Positions 1 through 7,759 of a DNA stretch of 64,000 nucleotides are shown here, piece by piece; the first letter of the stretch is position 1, and each line of letters opens with the position of its first letter. Source of the stretch: an uncultured Chloroflexia bacterium (lineage in GTDB: Bacteria > Chloroflexota > Dehalococcoidia > UBA2979); assembly GCA_963728205.1 (NCBI GenBank), contig CAVSIV010000006.1, positions 830,831 to 894,830 on the forward strand, given 5' to 3'. A program made the translations under genes and the position numbers. The notes under the pieces were generated by a model, which had not been told where the DNA came from, made no database searches, and saw only the letters and a program-made list of their open reading frames with translations.

Positions 1-648
1 CCCGCCCTGCCAGATGGCCGCGTTCACGCCGGTCAGCGTCAGCGGCCGGTCGAACGTGCCGGGGCCGCCGGTCGGCGCCGGCGTCCCCGTGGCGGTCGCG
101 GTGGGCGTGGCCGTGGCGGTCGCCGACGGGGTCGGCGTGGCCGTCGCCACCGTCGACGGCAGCGTGATCGAGATCGTCGCGAAGTTCGAGGTCAGCCCGC
201 CGTTGGTGAACGTGAAGCCGAACGCGTCGGTGCCGATGGCGTTCGCCACCGGCGTGTACTTCACCTCGGCCGTGCAGGAGATCGACGTCGACGCGCCGCT
301 CTGCGGCACGTTCTGCGTGCACGTCACCGCCGCGATCGGCGCGAGCGTGCCCTTCGCCGGGAAGCTCGCGATCGCGAACGACGGGTCGTTCGCCGCCGCC
401 TGCTGCGACGCGTTCAGCACCACCGTGACCGGCGCCGGCGGATACGTCGACCCGATCGTGATCGACCCGTCCTGCGCGACCGGTGAGCCCGGCGCCGGCG
501 TCGCGGTCGGGGTCGCCGTCGGCGTCGCGGTGGCGGTGGCGGTCGGAGTCGGCGTGGGTGTCGGCGTCTGCGCGCCGGTCAGCGCGGGCAGCGCGACGAG
601 CAGCGCCAGCGCGACCACGGCGCCGGCGAACGGGATGCGATAGCGCAT
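1..648 (-). CDS. secreted Thr/Pro-rich surface protein, N-terminal part (gene runs off the left edge)
   Basis: ATG at 646-648 on the minus strand, then signal peptide MRYRIPFAGAVVALALLVALPALTGAQ and TP-rich linkers. It ends with the start of the shared C-terminal module (GTFDRPLTLTGVNAAIWQGG). The frame stays open to position 1. It is absent from the ORF track because there is no stop codon in the window. Confidence 0.8.
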   Translation of the reverse strand, partial: MRYRIPFAGAVVALALLVALPALTGAQTPTPTPTPTATATATPTATPTATPAPGSPVAQDGSITIGSTYPPAPVTVVLNASQQAAANDPSFAIASFPAKGTLAPIAAVTCTQNVPQSGASTSISCTAEVKYTPVANAIGTDAFGFTFTNGGLTSNFATISITLPSTVATATPTPSATATATPTATATGTPAPTGGPGTFDRPLTLTGVNAAIWQGG

Positions 649-694
649 GAGCGACTCCGAACGGCTGCCCCCGCCGAGGCAATCCTACACCCAC

Positions 695-720
695 AACGGA
701 TCAGGTTCCCGATCCGTTCC
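695..720 (-). promoter_or_regulatory. ECF-type promoter candidate (GGAAC-N17-CGTT)
   Basis: On the minus strand, GGAAC (716-720), a 17-nt spacer, then CGTT (695-698), 47 nt upstream of the ATG at 648. The same motif and spacing occur at 10311-10337 and 14047-14071. Confidence 0.45.
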
Positions 721-742
721 GCCTGGCGTGGCTCCGCGGCAG

Positions 743-873
743 CCACAGCGGCGTCAGACAGCCGCCACAGGCCGGCGCCCGCAAGGCGCCGCGGGTCGCG
801 GCCGCTCCCGTCGCCCATCTGTCGGTGCCCCTTCGGCTCCGCTCAGGGCAGGCTGAGTCTCACGCCGCTCTGG
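743..873. repeat. decayed copy of the double-hairpin palindromic (REPIN-like) element
   Basis: Left arm CCACAGCGGCGTCAGACAGCCGCC and right arm GGCTGAGTCTCACGCCGCTCTGG resemble the arms of the intact element at 2743-2913. Indels break the arm hairpins. Confidence 0.5.
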
Positions 874-1083
874 CGAATCAGGCGTCGACGGCTACCGCCG
901 ACCGCGATCGCGCAGTCCCTGAGATCAACCCCGCTGCGTCTGCCTGCTCGTGAAGGCGGTCGTGGCGGCGATCCGGACACCGAGCCGAGAAAGTCGTCCG
1001 GCCCCGGACGCGATGTGGCCAGAGGATGATCGAGCGCTTGCACAGGGCGCCCAGGTCTGACGCCTCGTTGGGCCGCGAGATGG

Positions 1084-1115
1084 TACACTGCGAGCGTGGC
1101 ACTGATGCCACGCTC
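1084..1115 (+). promoter_or_regulatory. -10-like hexamer plus palindromic operator of a TA operon
   Basis: TACACT (1084-1089) is followed by a perfect 10-4-10 palindrome GAGCGTGGCA-CTGA-TGCCACGCTC (1092-1115), 20 nt upstream of the antitoxin ATG. Confidence 0.5.
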
Positions 1116-1134
1116 CGATCGAAGGGCTCACAAG

Positions 1135-1473
1135 ATGCCGAAACGATCAGCCGCCAACTTCCACAAGCGCATGCTCGCCGCACGCATGCGGGATCCCGAG
1201 TTTCGCCAGGAGTACCAGCGTGCGCGGCGCGAGATCGACCAGGTCGATGCCGTGATCCGGCAACTTGACCGCCTTCGCGAAGAGGCCGGCATCTCGAAGG
1301 CCGCCCTCGCACGCAACATCGGCCGCGACCCGTCGAGCATCCGCCGGCTGTTCACCGCAAGCGGCAATCCCGAGCTGCTGCTCGTGGCCTCCATCGCCGA
1401 AGACCTCGACGCCGAGATCCGCGTGGTCCCACGCAAACGCGCTCGTGGGCAAGGCGATCCATCTGCGGCCTGA
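1135..1473 (+). CDS. XRE-family HTH antitoxin (HigA-like)
   Basis: 112 aa from ATG 1135 (RBS GAAGGG). HTH block ISKAALARNIGRDPSSIRRLF. It lies 33 nt upstream of a RelE/Gp49-like toxin ORF. Confidence 0.75.
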   Translation: MPKRSAANFHKRMLAARMRDPEFRQEYQRARREIDQVDAVIRQLDRLREEAGISKAALARNIGRDPSSIRRLFTASGNPELLLVASIAEDLDAEIRVVPRKRARGQGDPSAA

Positions 1474-1505
1474 CCTGCCTGCAATCAACGAACGGCCGCG
1501 CTCCG

Positions 1506-1925
1506 TTGACATGGGACACCGTCTACTACGCAGCAAGCGACGGCAGCGTGCCCGCGGCGGACTTCCTCGACCGCTGCCCGTCCCGGGTTGCTGCGACGAT
1601 CCTGGCGGTACTCGACGCCGTCGCCACCGCACCGCCGCCCCAATTCTCCGGCGGCGGCAGGTGGGAAGCCATGCACGGCGAGATGCACGGCTACTACGAA
1701 GTGCGCACGACCCGTCCCGGCCGCGAGCACTTCCGGCTGTTCTGCCTCCTCGAGAATGGCACTCCAACGGAGCTGGCTCGACGCGGACTCGACGGACCGG
1801 CGATCGCCGTGCTTACGGGAATGCGCAAGCCCTCGCGCACGACGTTCAGCGCCCACGACTACGCGGCCGTGCACCGGATCGGCGAAGACCACCGGTCGAA
1901 GTTCCCGCGTCGCCTCGCCGTCTAG
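1506..1925 (+). CDS. RelE/ParE-superfamily toxin, phage Gp49/HigB-like
   Basis: TTG start, 139 aa. WDTVYYAASDGSVPAADFL ... YYEVRTTRPGREHFRLFCLL ... AIAVLTGMRKPSRTT fits the Gp49-like toxin pattern. It is paired with the HTH gene upstream. Confidence 0.7.
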   Translation: MTWDTVYYAASDGSVPAADFLDRCPSRVAATILAVLDAVATAPPPQFSGGGRWEAMHGEMHGYYEVRTTRPGREHFRLFCLLENGTPTELARRGLDGPAIAVLTGMRKPSRTTFSAHDYAAVHRIGEDHRSKFPRRLAV

Positions 1926-2104
1926 CCGAACGGCCGGCGGTGTGAAAGTGAACCGCTGCCACCCGGCCGCCGCCCGCGGGCCAGCGGCGCCTGCGGGCGC
2001 CGACATGCGGCATCACGCGCGACATGGGTGCGCCGATCGCTCCCCTGGAGGCTTGCCGAACGAGCAAACAGCCCTCGCGGTGCGCGGGGCCAGGGTCCGC
2101 GAGT

Positions 2105-2110
2105 TATACT
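2105..2110 (+). promoter_or_regulatory. -10 hexamer positioned for a leaderless mazEF transcript
   Basis: TATACT ends 6 nt before the ATG at 2117, which leaves no room for an RBS. Confidence 0.4.
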
Positions 2111-2116
2111 GGCGGT

Positions 2117-2356
2117 ATGAAGACCGCCATCTCCCTGCCCGACGAGCTCTTCGAGGCCATGGAACAACTCGTTCGCCGCTCCGGTGGCAGCCGGAGCGAG
2201 CTGTACGCCTCCGCCCTCCGCGAGTACGTGCAGCGCCACTCGCCGGATGCGGTCACAGAGGCGATGAACGAGACCCTCCGCCAGCTGAACGGCGAGTCCG
2301 GCTACGACTTCAGCAGTACGGCAGCGCAACGCATCCTGGCGGACAGCGAGTGGTGA
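2117..2356 (+). CDS. mazE: ribbon-helix-helix antitoxin (MazE/CopG-like)
   Basis: 79 aa with N-terminus MKTAISLPDELFEAMEQLVRRSGGSRSELYASALREY. Its TGA stop overlaps the GTG of the next gene (GTGA). Confidence 0.75.
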   Translation: MKTAISLPDELFEAMEQLVRRSGGSRSELYASALREYVQRHSPDAVTEAMNETLRQLNGESGYDFSSTAAQRILADSEW

Positions 2357-2700
2357 TCTCGCAGGGCGAGATCTGGTGGGCGGACCTTCCCGCACCATCC
2401 GGGTCAGCGCCCGGCTTCCGTCGCCCCGTGCTGGTCGTCCAGGGCGACGACCTCAATCGCAGCGACCTCCGGACGGTGATCTGCGTCGCCCTCACCAGCA
2501 ACCTGCGGTGGGCAGGAGCACCGGGCAACGTCGTCCTTCCCGCCAGTACGTCCCGCCTCCCCAGGGATTCCGTGGTCAACGTCTCGCAGATCGTCACGCT
2601 CGATCGCGAGGCATTGACGGACCGGGTTGCGCGGATTCCACGACCAACGCTCGCGGTCGTGCTCGCGGGGATCGACGTCGCACTCGGAAAGCCGCGCTGA
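2353..2700 (+). CDS. mazF: PemK/MazF-family endoribonuclease toxin
   Basis: 115 aa from GTG 2353. ISQGEIWWADLP ... GFRRPVLVVQGD ... VICVALTSN ... VVNVSQIVTLD is the MazF fold signature. Confidence 0.85.
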   Translation: MISQGEIWWADLPAPSGSAPGFRRPVLVVQGDDLNRSDLRTVICVALTSNLRWAGAPGNVVLPASTSRLPRDSVVNVSQIVTLDREALTDRVARIPRPTLAVVLAGIDVALGKPR

Positions 2701-2742
2701 CCGGGGAGGTTGCCGGTCCCCCCGGCTGCCCGCCGCCGCGCG

Positions 2743-2913
2743 CCAAAGCGGCGTCAGACATGACGCCGACGGACCCGGCGGCGCGAGCCGCCTGGCGGGC
2801 CGCGATGACGCCGAGCGTCGCCTTCGGGGGAGGCGCGGGATGGTCCCCGCACCCGGGTTGGCGGCGGCCGAAGCGCCGCCGACCTGTCGGCGTCATGTCT
2901 GACGCCGCTTTGG
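2743..2913. repeat. double-hairpin palindromic element, subfamily B (REPIN-like)
   Basis: Arm CCAAAGCGGCGTCAGACATGACGCCGACGG (2743-2772) and its reverse complement (ending 2913) flank a spacer of about 110 nt. Each arm contains the hairpin CGGCGTCA-GACA-TGACGCCG. Confidence 0.85.
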
Positions 2914-3297
2914 TCGCGGGGGTATCGCCCTACTTCACGAGCACGACGACGATGTCGCCGTGGTTCGGCTCCCGCAGGCTCGAGGGGAGGCGCGGGATGG
3001 TCCCCGCACCCGGGTTGGCGGCGGCCGAAGCGCCGCCGACCTGTCGGCGTCATGTCTGACGCCGCTTTGGTCGCGGGGGTATCGCCCTACTTCGCGAGCA
3101 CGACGACGATGTCGCCGTGGTTCAGCTCCCGCAGGCTCGAGGGGAGGCGCGGGATGGTCCCCGCACCCGGGTTGGCGGCGGCCGAAGCGCCGCCGACCTG
3201 TCGGCGTCATGTCTGACGCCGCTTTGGGCGCGGGGTATCGCCCTACTTCACGAGCACGACGACGATGTCGCCGTGGTTCAGCTCCCGCAGGCTCGAG
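2828..3297. repeat. tandem triplication of a 157-bp unit (half palindromic element plus gene 3' end)
   Basis: Units start at 2828, 2985 and 3142 (157/157/156 bp, a few substitutions). Each unit contains the distal spacer, the right arm of the element, a 13-nt gap, the stop codon and the last 18 codons (SSLRE[L/P]NHGDIVVVLVK) of CDS 3243-3947. Only the third copy is joined to the gene. Confidence 0.9.
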
Positions 3298-3947
3298 ACG
3301 AAGTCCGGCGCCCCGGCGACGTACTGCCGCACCATCCCGCCCGAGACCCGGAACACGAGCTGCACCTGCCGCGGGATCGTCGCGACCGCATCCGCGATCG
3401 GCGTCGCGTCCGCGCCGTCCCACGTGAGGAGGCCGTAGCCGGACCCCGGCGGGAGCGCGCCGGTGAAGCCGCCGACCGCCACGACGTCGGTCGCCGCGGT
3501 GAGGTTCACCTGCTGCGGGGTCGTGCTCCACGTCGCGACCTGCGTCGCGGCGAGCCCCGGGTCCACCGCGCCGTACATCAGCAGGAAGCGCACGTCGTCG
3601 CCCGGCGCCGGGCAGCCGGCGTGGGTCTCCGACGACGCCACCGAGAGCATGTAGAACCCGCTGCCGGCGCCGGTCTTCGTGACGTCCGCGGTGCCGCAGA
3701 CGGCGGGCTCATGCCCCGGCGCGGCCGGACCCAGCGCGCGCACCTTCGACGGCAGCGCGCCCGACTGATCCGCGTAGACGAAACCGAAGATCGTCGACGC
3801 GCCCCCATCGGCCCGCGCGCGTCCCGCCGTCGCCGGCAGGAGCGCGCCGGCGACGAGCACCGCGGTCATGATTACCAGGATCGCCAGCGCGCGCGGACTG
3901 CGCGCAGCGCTACCGAGCCGACCGGTCCCGGCTCTCGAATCCATCAC
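3243..3947 (-). CDS. secreted hypothetical protein with the shared C-terminal module
   Basis: 234 aa with a signal peptide (ALAILVIMTAVLVAGALLPATAGRARA). The C-terminus YVAGAPDFVSSLRELNHGDIVVVLVK is related to the IPGAPAFVNA...VLVVK module of neighbouring surface proteins. Confidence 0.75.
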   Translation of the reverse strand: MMDSRAGTGRLGSAARSPRALAILVIMTAVLVAGALLPATAGRARADGGASTIFGFVYADQSGALPSKVRALGPAAPGHEPAVCGTADVTKTGAGSGFYMLSVASSETHAGCPAPGDDVRFLLMYGAVDPGLAATQVATWSTTPQQVNLTAATDVVAVGGFTGALPPGSGYGLLTWDGADATPIADAVATIPRQVQLVFRVSGGMVRQYVAGAPDFVSSLRELNHGDIVVVLVK

Positions 3948-4062
3948 ACCCGACCCCCGTCCGCCCCGGCGCAGTCGCGCGCGGAACGAGAAGATTGCGG
4001 AACCGGCCCCGCCGGCTCCCTTCCGCGTTCGACCCGTGGTCGTGTCGAGCGGGGAAGGGAGT

Positions 4063-4130
4063 CCCCGTCCCCTCCGAGGAGAGGACGGGGGTCCCGTTCA
4101 CGAACGTGCGCCGCTCGCGAGGAGCGGCGC
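4063..4130 (-). terminator. two GC-rich hairpins downstream of CDS 4148-4660
   Basis: GCGCCGCTC-GCGAG-GAGCGGCGC (4108-4130) and CCCCGTCC-N12-GGACGGGG (4063-4090) follow the stop codon on the minus strand. There is no U tract. Confidence 0.5.
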
Positions 4131-4147
4131 GCGCTCGAGCTGCGTGC

Positions 4148-4660
4148 CTAGCGGCGGCGCGTGGCGGCGCGAGCGCCACCGACCGCGATCACCGCGAAGG
4201 CGGCCAGCGCCAGCATCGAGGCGAGCCCCGTGCTGTGGCCGACCAGGAAGCCCGCGTTGCCGGTGCCGGCCGGGGCCGGAGCCGTGCTCGTGGCCGTCGG
4301 GGTCGCCGTGGCCGAGGCCGTCAGCGTGACACCGTTGGCAACGTTCGCCGGCGCGCCGCCGGCCTTGTAGGTCTCCTTGGCCGTGGTCGGGGCGCCGTTC
4401 AGCGTGAAGGTGAGCGTGTCACCGTCCGCCGGGCTGCAGGTCGCGTTGGACGCGATCTGGAGCTGCCACTGGCCGCTGGCGTCGGCCGTAGCCGTGCCGC
4501 AGGACTTGGCGCCGTCGAAGACCTCGACCTTGTCGCCGGCCTTGAGGCCGACGCCGTAGACCGTCATCGGGGGCACCTGCGCCGAGGCGATCGTCGCGAA
4601 CATCATGAGCGCGACGGCCGCGACGCCGAACGGCACCGCCATTTTCCGGAGAAGACTCAT
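4148..4660 (-). CDS. secreted protein with a C-terminal anchor-like or sorting-signal-like tail
   Basis: 170 aa from ATG 4658-4660 (RBS AAAGGAG). Signal peptide MSLLRKMAVPFGVAAVALMMFATIASAQ, then a T/P/A linker. The tail is GNAGFLVGHSTGLASMLALAAFAVIAVGGARAATRRR. Confidence 0.75.
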   Translation of the reverse strand: MSLLRKMAVPFGVAAVALMMFATIASAQVPPMTVYGVGLKAGDKVEVFDGAKSCGTATADASGQWQLQIASNATCSPADGDTLTFTLNGAPTTAKETYKAGGAPANVANGVTLTASATATPTATSTAPAPAGTGNAGFLVGHSTGLASMLALAAFAVIAVGGARAATRRR

Positions 4661-4796
4661 CTGCAAGAACTCCTTTGAGTTCTGACCCGCCCCTGGGTGG
4701 TTAGCCATCCGTCCCCCTCACGCTCGTGAGCGTCCGGCGGAGCTGGGTGGGTACGCGTGCCTCCCTCATCGCGAGATGGCCGGGAGGCGGAGACAA

Positions 4797-4833
4797 GGTT
4801 CACCCCCCGCCCCGAGAGGACGGGGGGTGAACC
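4797..4833 (-). terminator. hairpin terminator of the large surface-protein gene
   Basis: Perfect 13-bp stem GGTTCACCCCCCG / CGGGGGGTGAACC with an 11-nt loop, starting 10 nt after the TAA stop (4843-4845) on the minus strand. Confidence 0.6.
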
Positions 4834-4842
4834 GCTAGTCGC

Positions 4843-6660
4843 TTACTTGACGACGAGGACGATCGTGCCCGCCGGGACCTCGTTCGGGAAGGCGGCGTTG
4901 AACGCCGCGTTCACGAACGCCGGGGCGCCCGGGATGAGCACAACGGCCTGGCCGTTGACGAAGACCGTCACCGAGATGCCGCCCGCCGCGGAGACCGCGG
5001 ACGAGAGCTGGGCAACCGTGCCGCCGTTCCAGACCGCGGTGTTGACACCGACGTTCGGGATTGCGCGGTCAAAGGTGCCCGCGCCGGTCGTGCCGGTCGG
5101 GGTCGCCGTCGGCGTGGCCGCCGGGGCACCGACAGTGGCAACCGTCGAGTCAACGACGGAACCGGATGCGCTCGGGCACGTCGGGGCCGCAGAGGAACCG
5201 GTCTGAGCGGCGACCAAGACACTGCCCGAGGTACCGGTCAGTGCAGCCGTCGTGTTCGCCGTCCCGCTCGACGTGGTGCCGCACGCGACCGAAACAACAC
5301 CCTGGGTCGAGGGGATGTTAAAGGTCACGACGGTGCCGTTTGCGGCCATGTTGCCAGAGGCATCCACAACCGTCGCCGTCACCTTGTTGGCCGTCACTGC
5401 AGCAGTAACAGTTGCCGGCTTGCCAGCCGCCGTCACCGTCGCCGTCGCGGCCGGAACCGACGACGTCGTGATGTCAGTCGCGGTGATCGTCGCCGTGCCA
5501 AGCTGGGTGGCGGATGCGCAGTACGTGACGTACGCGTAGCCCGGCGTCCCGCTCAGCGAGGCCGTTGTCGCCGTGACCGCCTTGGCCGTAGTCGAGGTGG
5601 CCGGGGTTGCCAGACAAGCCGCGCTGGCGCCGCTCGCCAGGAAGCCCTTGTCCACCGAAACCTGCAGGAGCTGACCGTTGACGCCAGCACCCGTCGCGTC
5701 AGTGACGCGGAAAAGCACGTTCGTACCCGTGGTCGGCGACGTGTAGGACGCCGACGAGCTGCTGGCCGCAACGTTCGCGTCAGTGACCTTCACCGTCGTG
5801 AGGGTCGTCGGCGTCGTGCCGGTCGCAGCCTGCAGCGTCAGCGTCGTCGTGTCGACAGCGCTGAGCGACGGAACGGAGGCAACGATGGTGTCGCTACCCG
5901 ACGTCCCATTGCCCTTGTATGCGACCGACGCACAGCCGGTCGTCGCGTCCGTGAAGGAGCTCGCCGAGTTGGTGCCGGTCGCAACGAAGAGACCCAGGCT
6001 GCCAGTGAAGTTCACCTGCGTGGGAGCAGTGGGAACGGGCGAGACACAAGCCTTGATGGTCGACGCCTGCGCGCCGCTCGCAGCGATCGTTGCCGGGGTC
6101 GCGATGACTGAAACGGCGTTTGAGGTCGAAACAGTCAGCGCACCCGCAACCGGCGTACCGAAGGTACCAGCCGCACCGCCGCCGAGTGCGGACGTGATAT
6201 TGCCAGTGGCAGCAGTGGTGCTAATGGGCCGCACCTGAATGCCGGAGATGGTGACCGTGTCACCAGCGACATTCGCGGTAGTGGCCGTGCCGGTGGTAAT
6301 CGTGGCGGCCGCAACCGTAGCCGTTCCAGCGACGCCCGCGACTGTGCCGGTCGTGGTAACCGTCACGGTAGCCGCTGTATTGAACTCCCAGTCCGCGCTC
6401 GGCCGGGAAAGCACGATCGAGTCGCCAATCGCGATATCTCCGGTCGCACCGGTCGTGAACTTAGCGTCCGGCAGAGTCGTCCAGGCACCAGTCCCAGTCG
6501 TCGCGTTCGTTGCCAGCGAGATGGTGGCGCTGGCGGAGCTTGTCGTCGTCGCCGCCGCACTCGCCGTCCGCGCCGTTCCCGAAACGAGCAGCGCTACAGC
6601 GAGCACCAACGACGCGGCAACAGCAGAGCCGTACCACGCGTACTTCTTGAAAAGACTCAA
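4843..6660 (-). CDS. large secreted surface protein with Ig-like (Big_1-type) repeats and the shared C-terminal module
   Basis: TTG start at 6658-6660, 8 nt after GGAGGA; there is no in-frame ATG near the signal peptide LSLFKKYAWYGSAVAASLVLAVALLVSGTARTASA. 605 aa, T/A/S/G-rich, with invasin-like repeats such as VTATVVDASGNMAANGTVVTFNIPS. It ends VLIPGAPAFVNAAFNAAFPNEVPAGTIVLVVK. Confidence 0.8.
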   Translation of the reverse strand: MSLFKKYAWYGSAVAASLVLAVALLVSGTARTASAAATTTSSASATISLATNATTGTGAWTTLPDAKFTTGATGDIAIGDSIVLSRPSADWEFNTAATVTVTTTGTVAGVAGTATVAAATITTGTATTANVAGDTVTISGIQVRPISTTAATGNITSALGGGAAGTFGTPVAGALTVSTSNAVSVIATPATIAASGAQASTIKACVSPVPTAPTQVNFTGSLGLFVATGTNSASSFTDATTGCASVAYKGNGTSGSDTIVASVPSLSAVDTTTLTLQAATGTTPTTLTTVKVTDANVAASSSSASYTSPTTGTNVLFRVTDATGAGVNGQLLQVSVDKGFLASGASAACLATPATSTTAKAVTATTASLSGTPGYAYVTYCASATQLGTATITATDITTSSVPAATATVTAAGKPATVTAAVTANKVTATVVDASGNMAANGTVVTFNIPSTQGVVSVACGTTSSGTANTTAALTGTSGSVLVAAQTGSSAAPTCPSASGSVVDSTVATVGAPAATPTATPTGTTGAGTFDRAIPNVGVNTAVWNGGTVAQLSSAVSAAGGISVTVFVNGQAVVLIPGAPAFVNAAFNAAFPNEVPAGTIVLVVK

Positions 6661-7142
6661 AGCAGTTGTCCTCCAATTGAGAACGTTGTCACTCGATAAC
6701 ACGCACTTCGATTCTCTGCGATGCCTCCTCTCGCCGCGTCCGGCTCCTCCGTGAGGGGGAGCGCCCCGTTCCTGGCAGAACGGCGGCCGGCGAGCCTTCT
6801 TTCCAAGCGGTGCTGATACCGCCGCTCGAGCAAAACGCCACCAGCGCCGCTCGAAATCACGCTCGCTGCGAACCTTCGAAATCCGCGACGGGCGGCGTGG
6901 TCCAAGACACACACCTCACGCCACGAGACTTAGAACGCCCCCGGGCAAGACTGAGTTAACAGCGGGGGTGGGCCTGATACGCAGTAAAGAGGTAACCGGG
7001 CAAGACGAGTGGCGCGACCTGACGAACGCCCGCAGGTCGATCCCCTATCGGGAGCGCGCTAGCCGGTGACCGCGCGATCGGCGACGATCGTCCAAGCATT
7101 GATCTCAGCACGACGCCGGCGCACCTGAAGGAAGCGGCTGCC

Positions 7143-7748
7143 ATGACGAACTCAAACCACCGACGCGCCGAGTCAGACGCGACCGCCGCGTTCGGCGGCA
7201 ACGGTCAGCCGGACGGACCGCGTCGCTGGTTTCGTGGACCATGGGGCGTGGTCGCGGCCGGTGGACTGATTACGGCAGTGCTTGCCGCCACGCTCGTGAT
7301 CCTGCTTCCGCGGGGCGATCACTCCCGCGAACCCGCGAAGACGACCACCCCAGTCGCGCATGTCGTTACCGGTGGCATTGGGGACCCACTTCGCGTCGGA
7401 TCGCTCGCCCTGAGGGTGATCGAAGTCAACGCGGCCTTCGATGGTAGCCACTATGCACCCGCGAACACCGCTACCTCCGCCGTCCATATCGCAGTGACTA
7501 ACGCAGGAGATACCGGCAATCCCATTCAGCTGGCGACAAAGGACTTTCGCCTGATCGACGAAGATGCAGGCGGCCATGGAACCGTGGGTTGCGCGCAATG
7601 TCCCGCGGTGATCGGCAACGTCAATCAGCTCGTTCCTAACGGCGGGATCGACGGGTGGTTGTACTTCGCGTTGCCCGCGGGAACGACAGCCAGCCAACTC
7701 GTCTACACCGGAGCTACCGGGATCACGGCCACGATCACGCTCCGCTAG
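7143..7748 (+). CDS. membrane-anchored hypothetical protein (DUF4352-like beta domain, tentative)
   Basis: 201 aa with one TM helix (WGVVAAGGLITAVLAATLVILL) followed by a beta-rich domain. Third-position GC is visibly lower than in neighbouring genes. Confidence 0.65.
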   Translation: MTNSNHRRAESDATAAFGGNGQPDGPRRWFRGPWGVVAAGGLITAVLAATLVILLPRGDHSREPAKTTTPVAHVVTGGIGDPLRVGSLALRVIEVNAAFDGSHYAPANTATSAVHIAVTNAGDTGNPIQLATKDFRLIDEDAGGHGTVGCAQCPAVIGNVNQLVPNGGIDGWLYFALPAGTTASQLVYTGATGITATITLR

Positions 7749-7759
7749 GCGAAGCGAAC

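Noticed and set aside
2935-3531. ORFs across the 157-bp triplication (2376-3059, 2754-3053, 2935-3531, 2960-3427, 3117-4151).
   Set aside because: They are repeat-generated reading frames with repetitive nonsense peptides. Only the minus-strand gene 3243-3947 has a signal peptide, sensible composition and family similarity.
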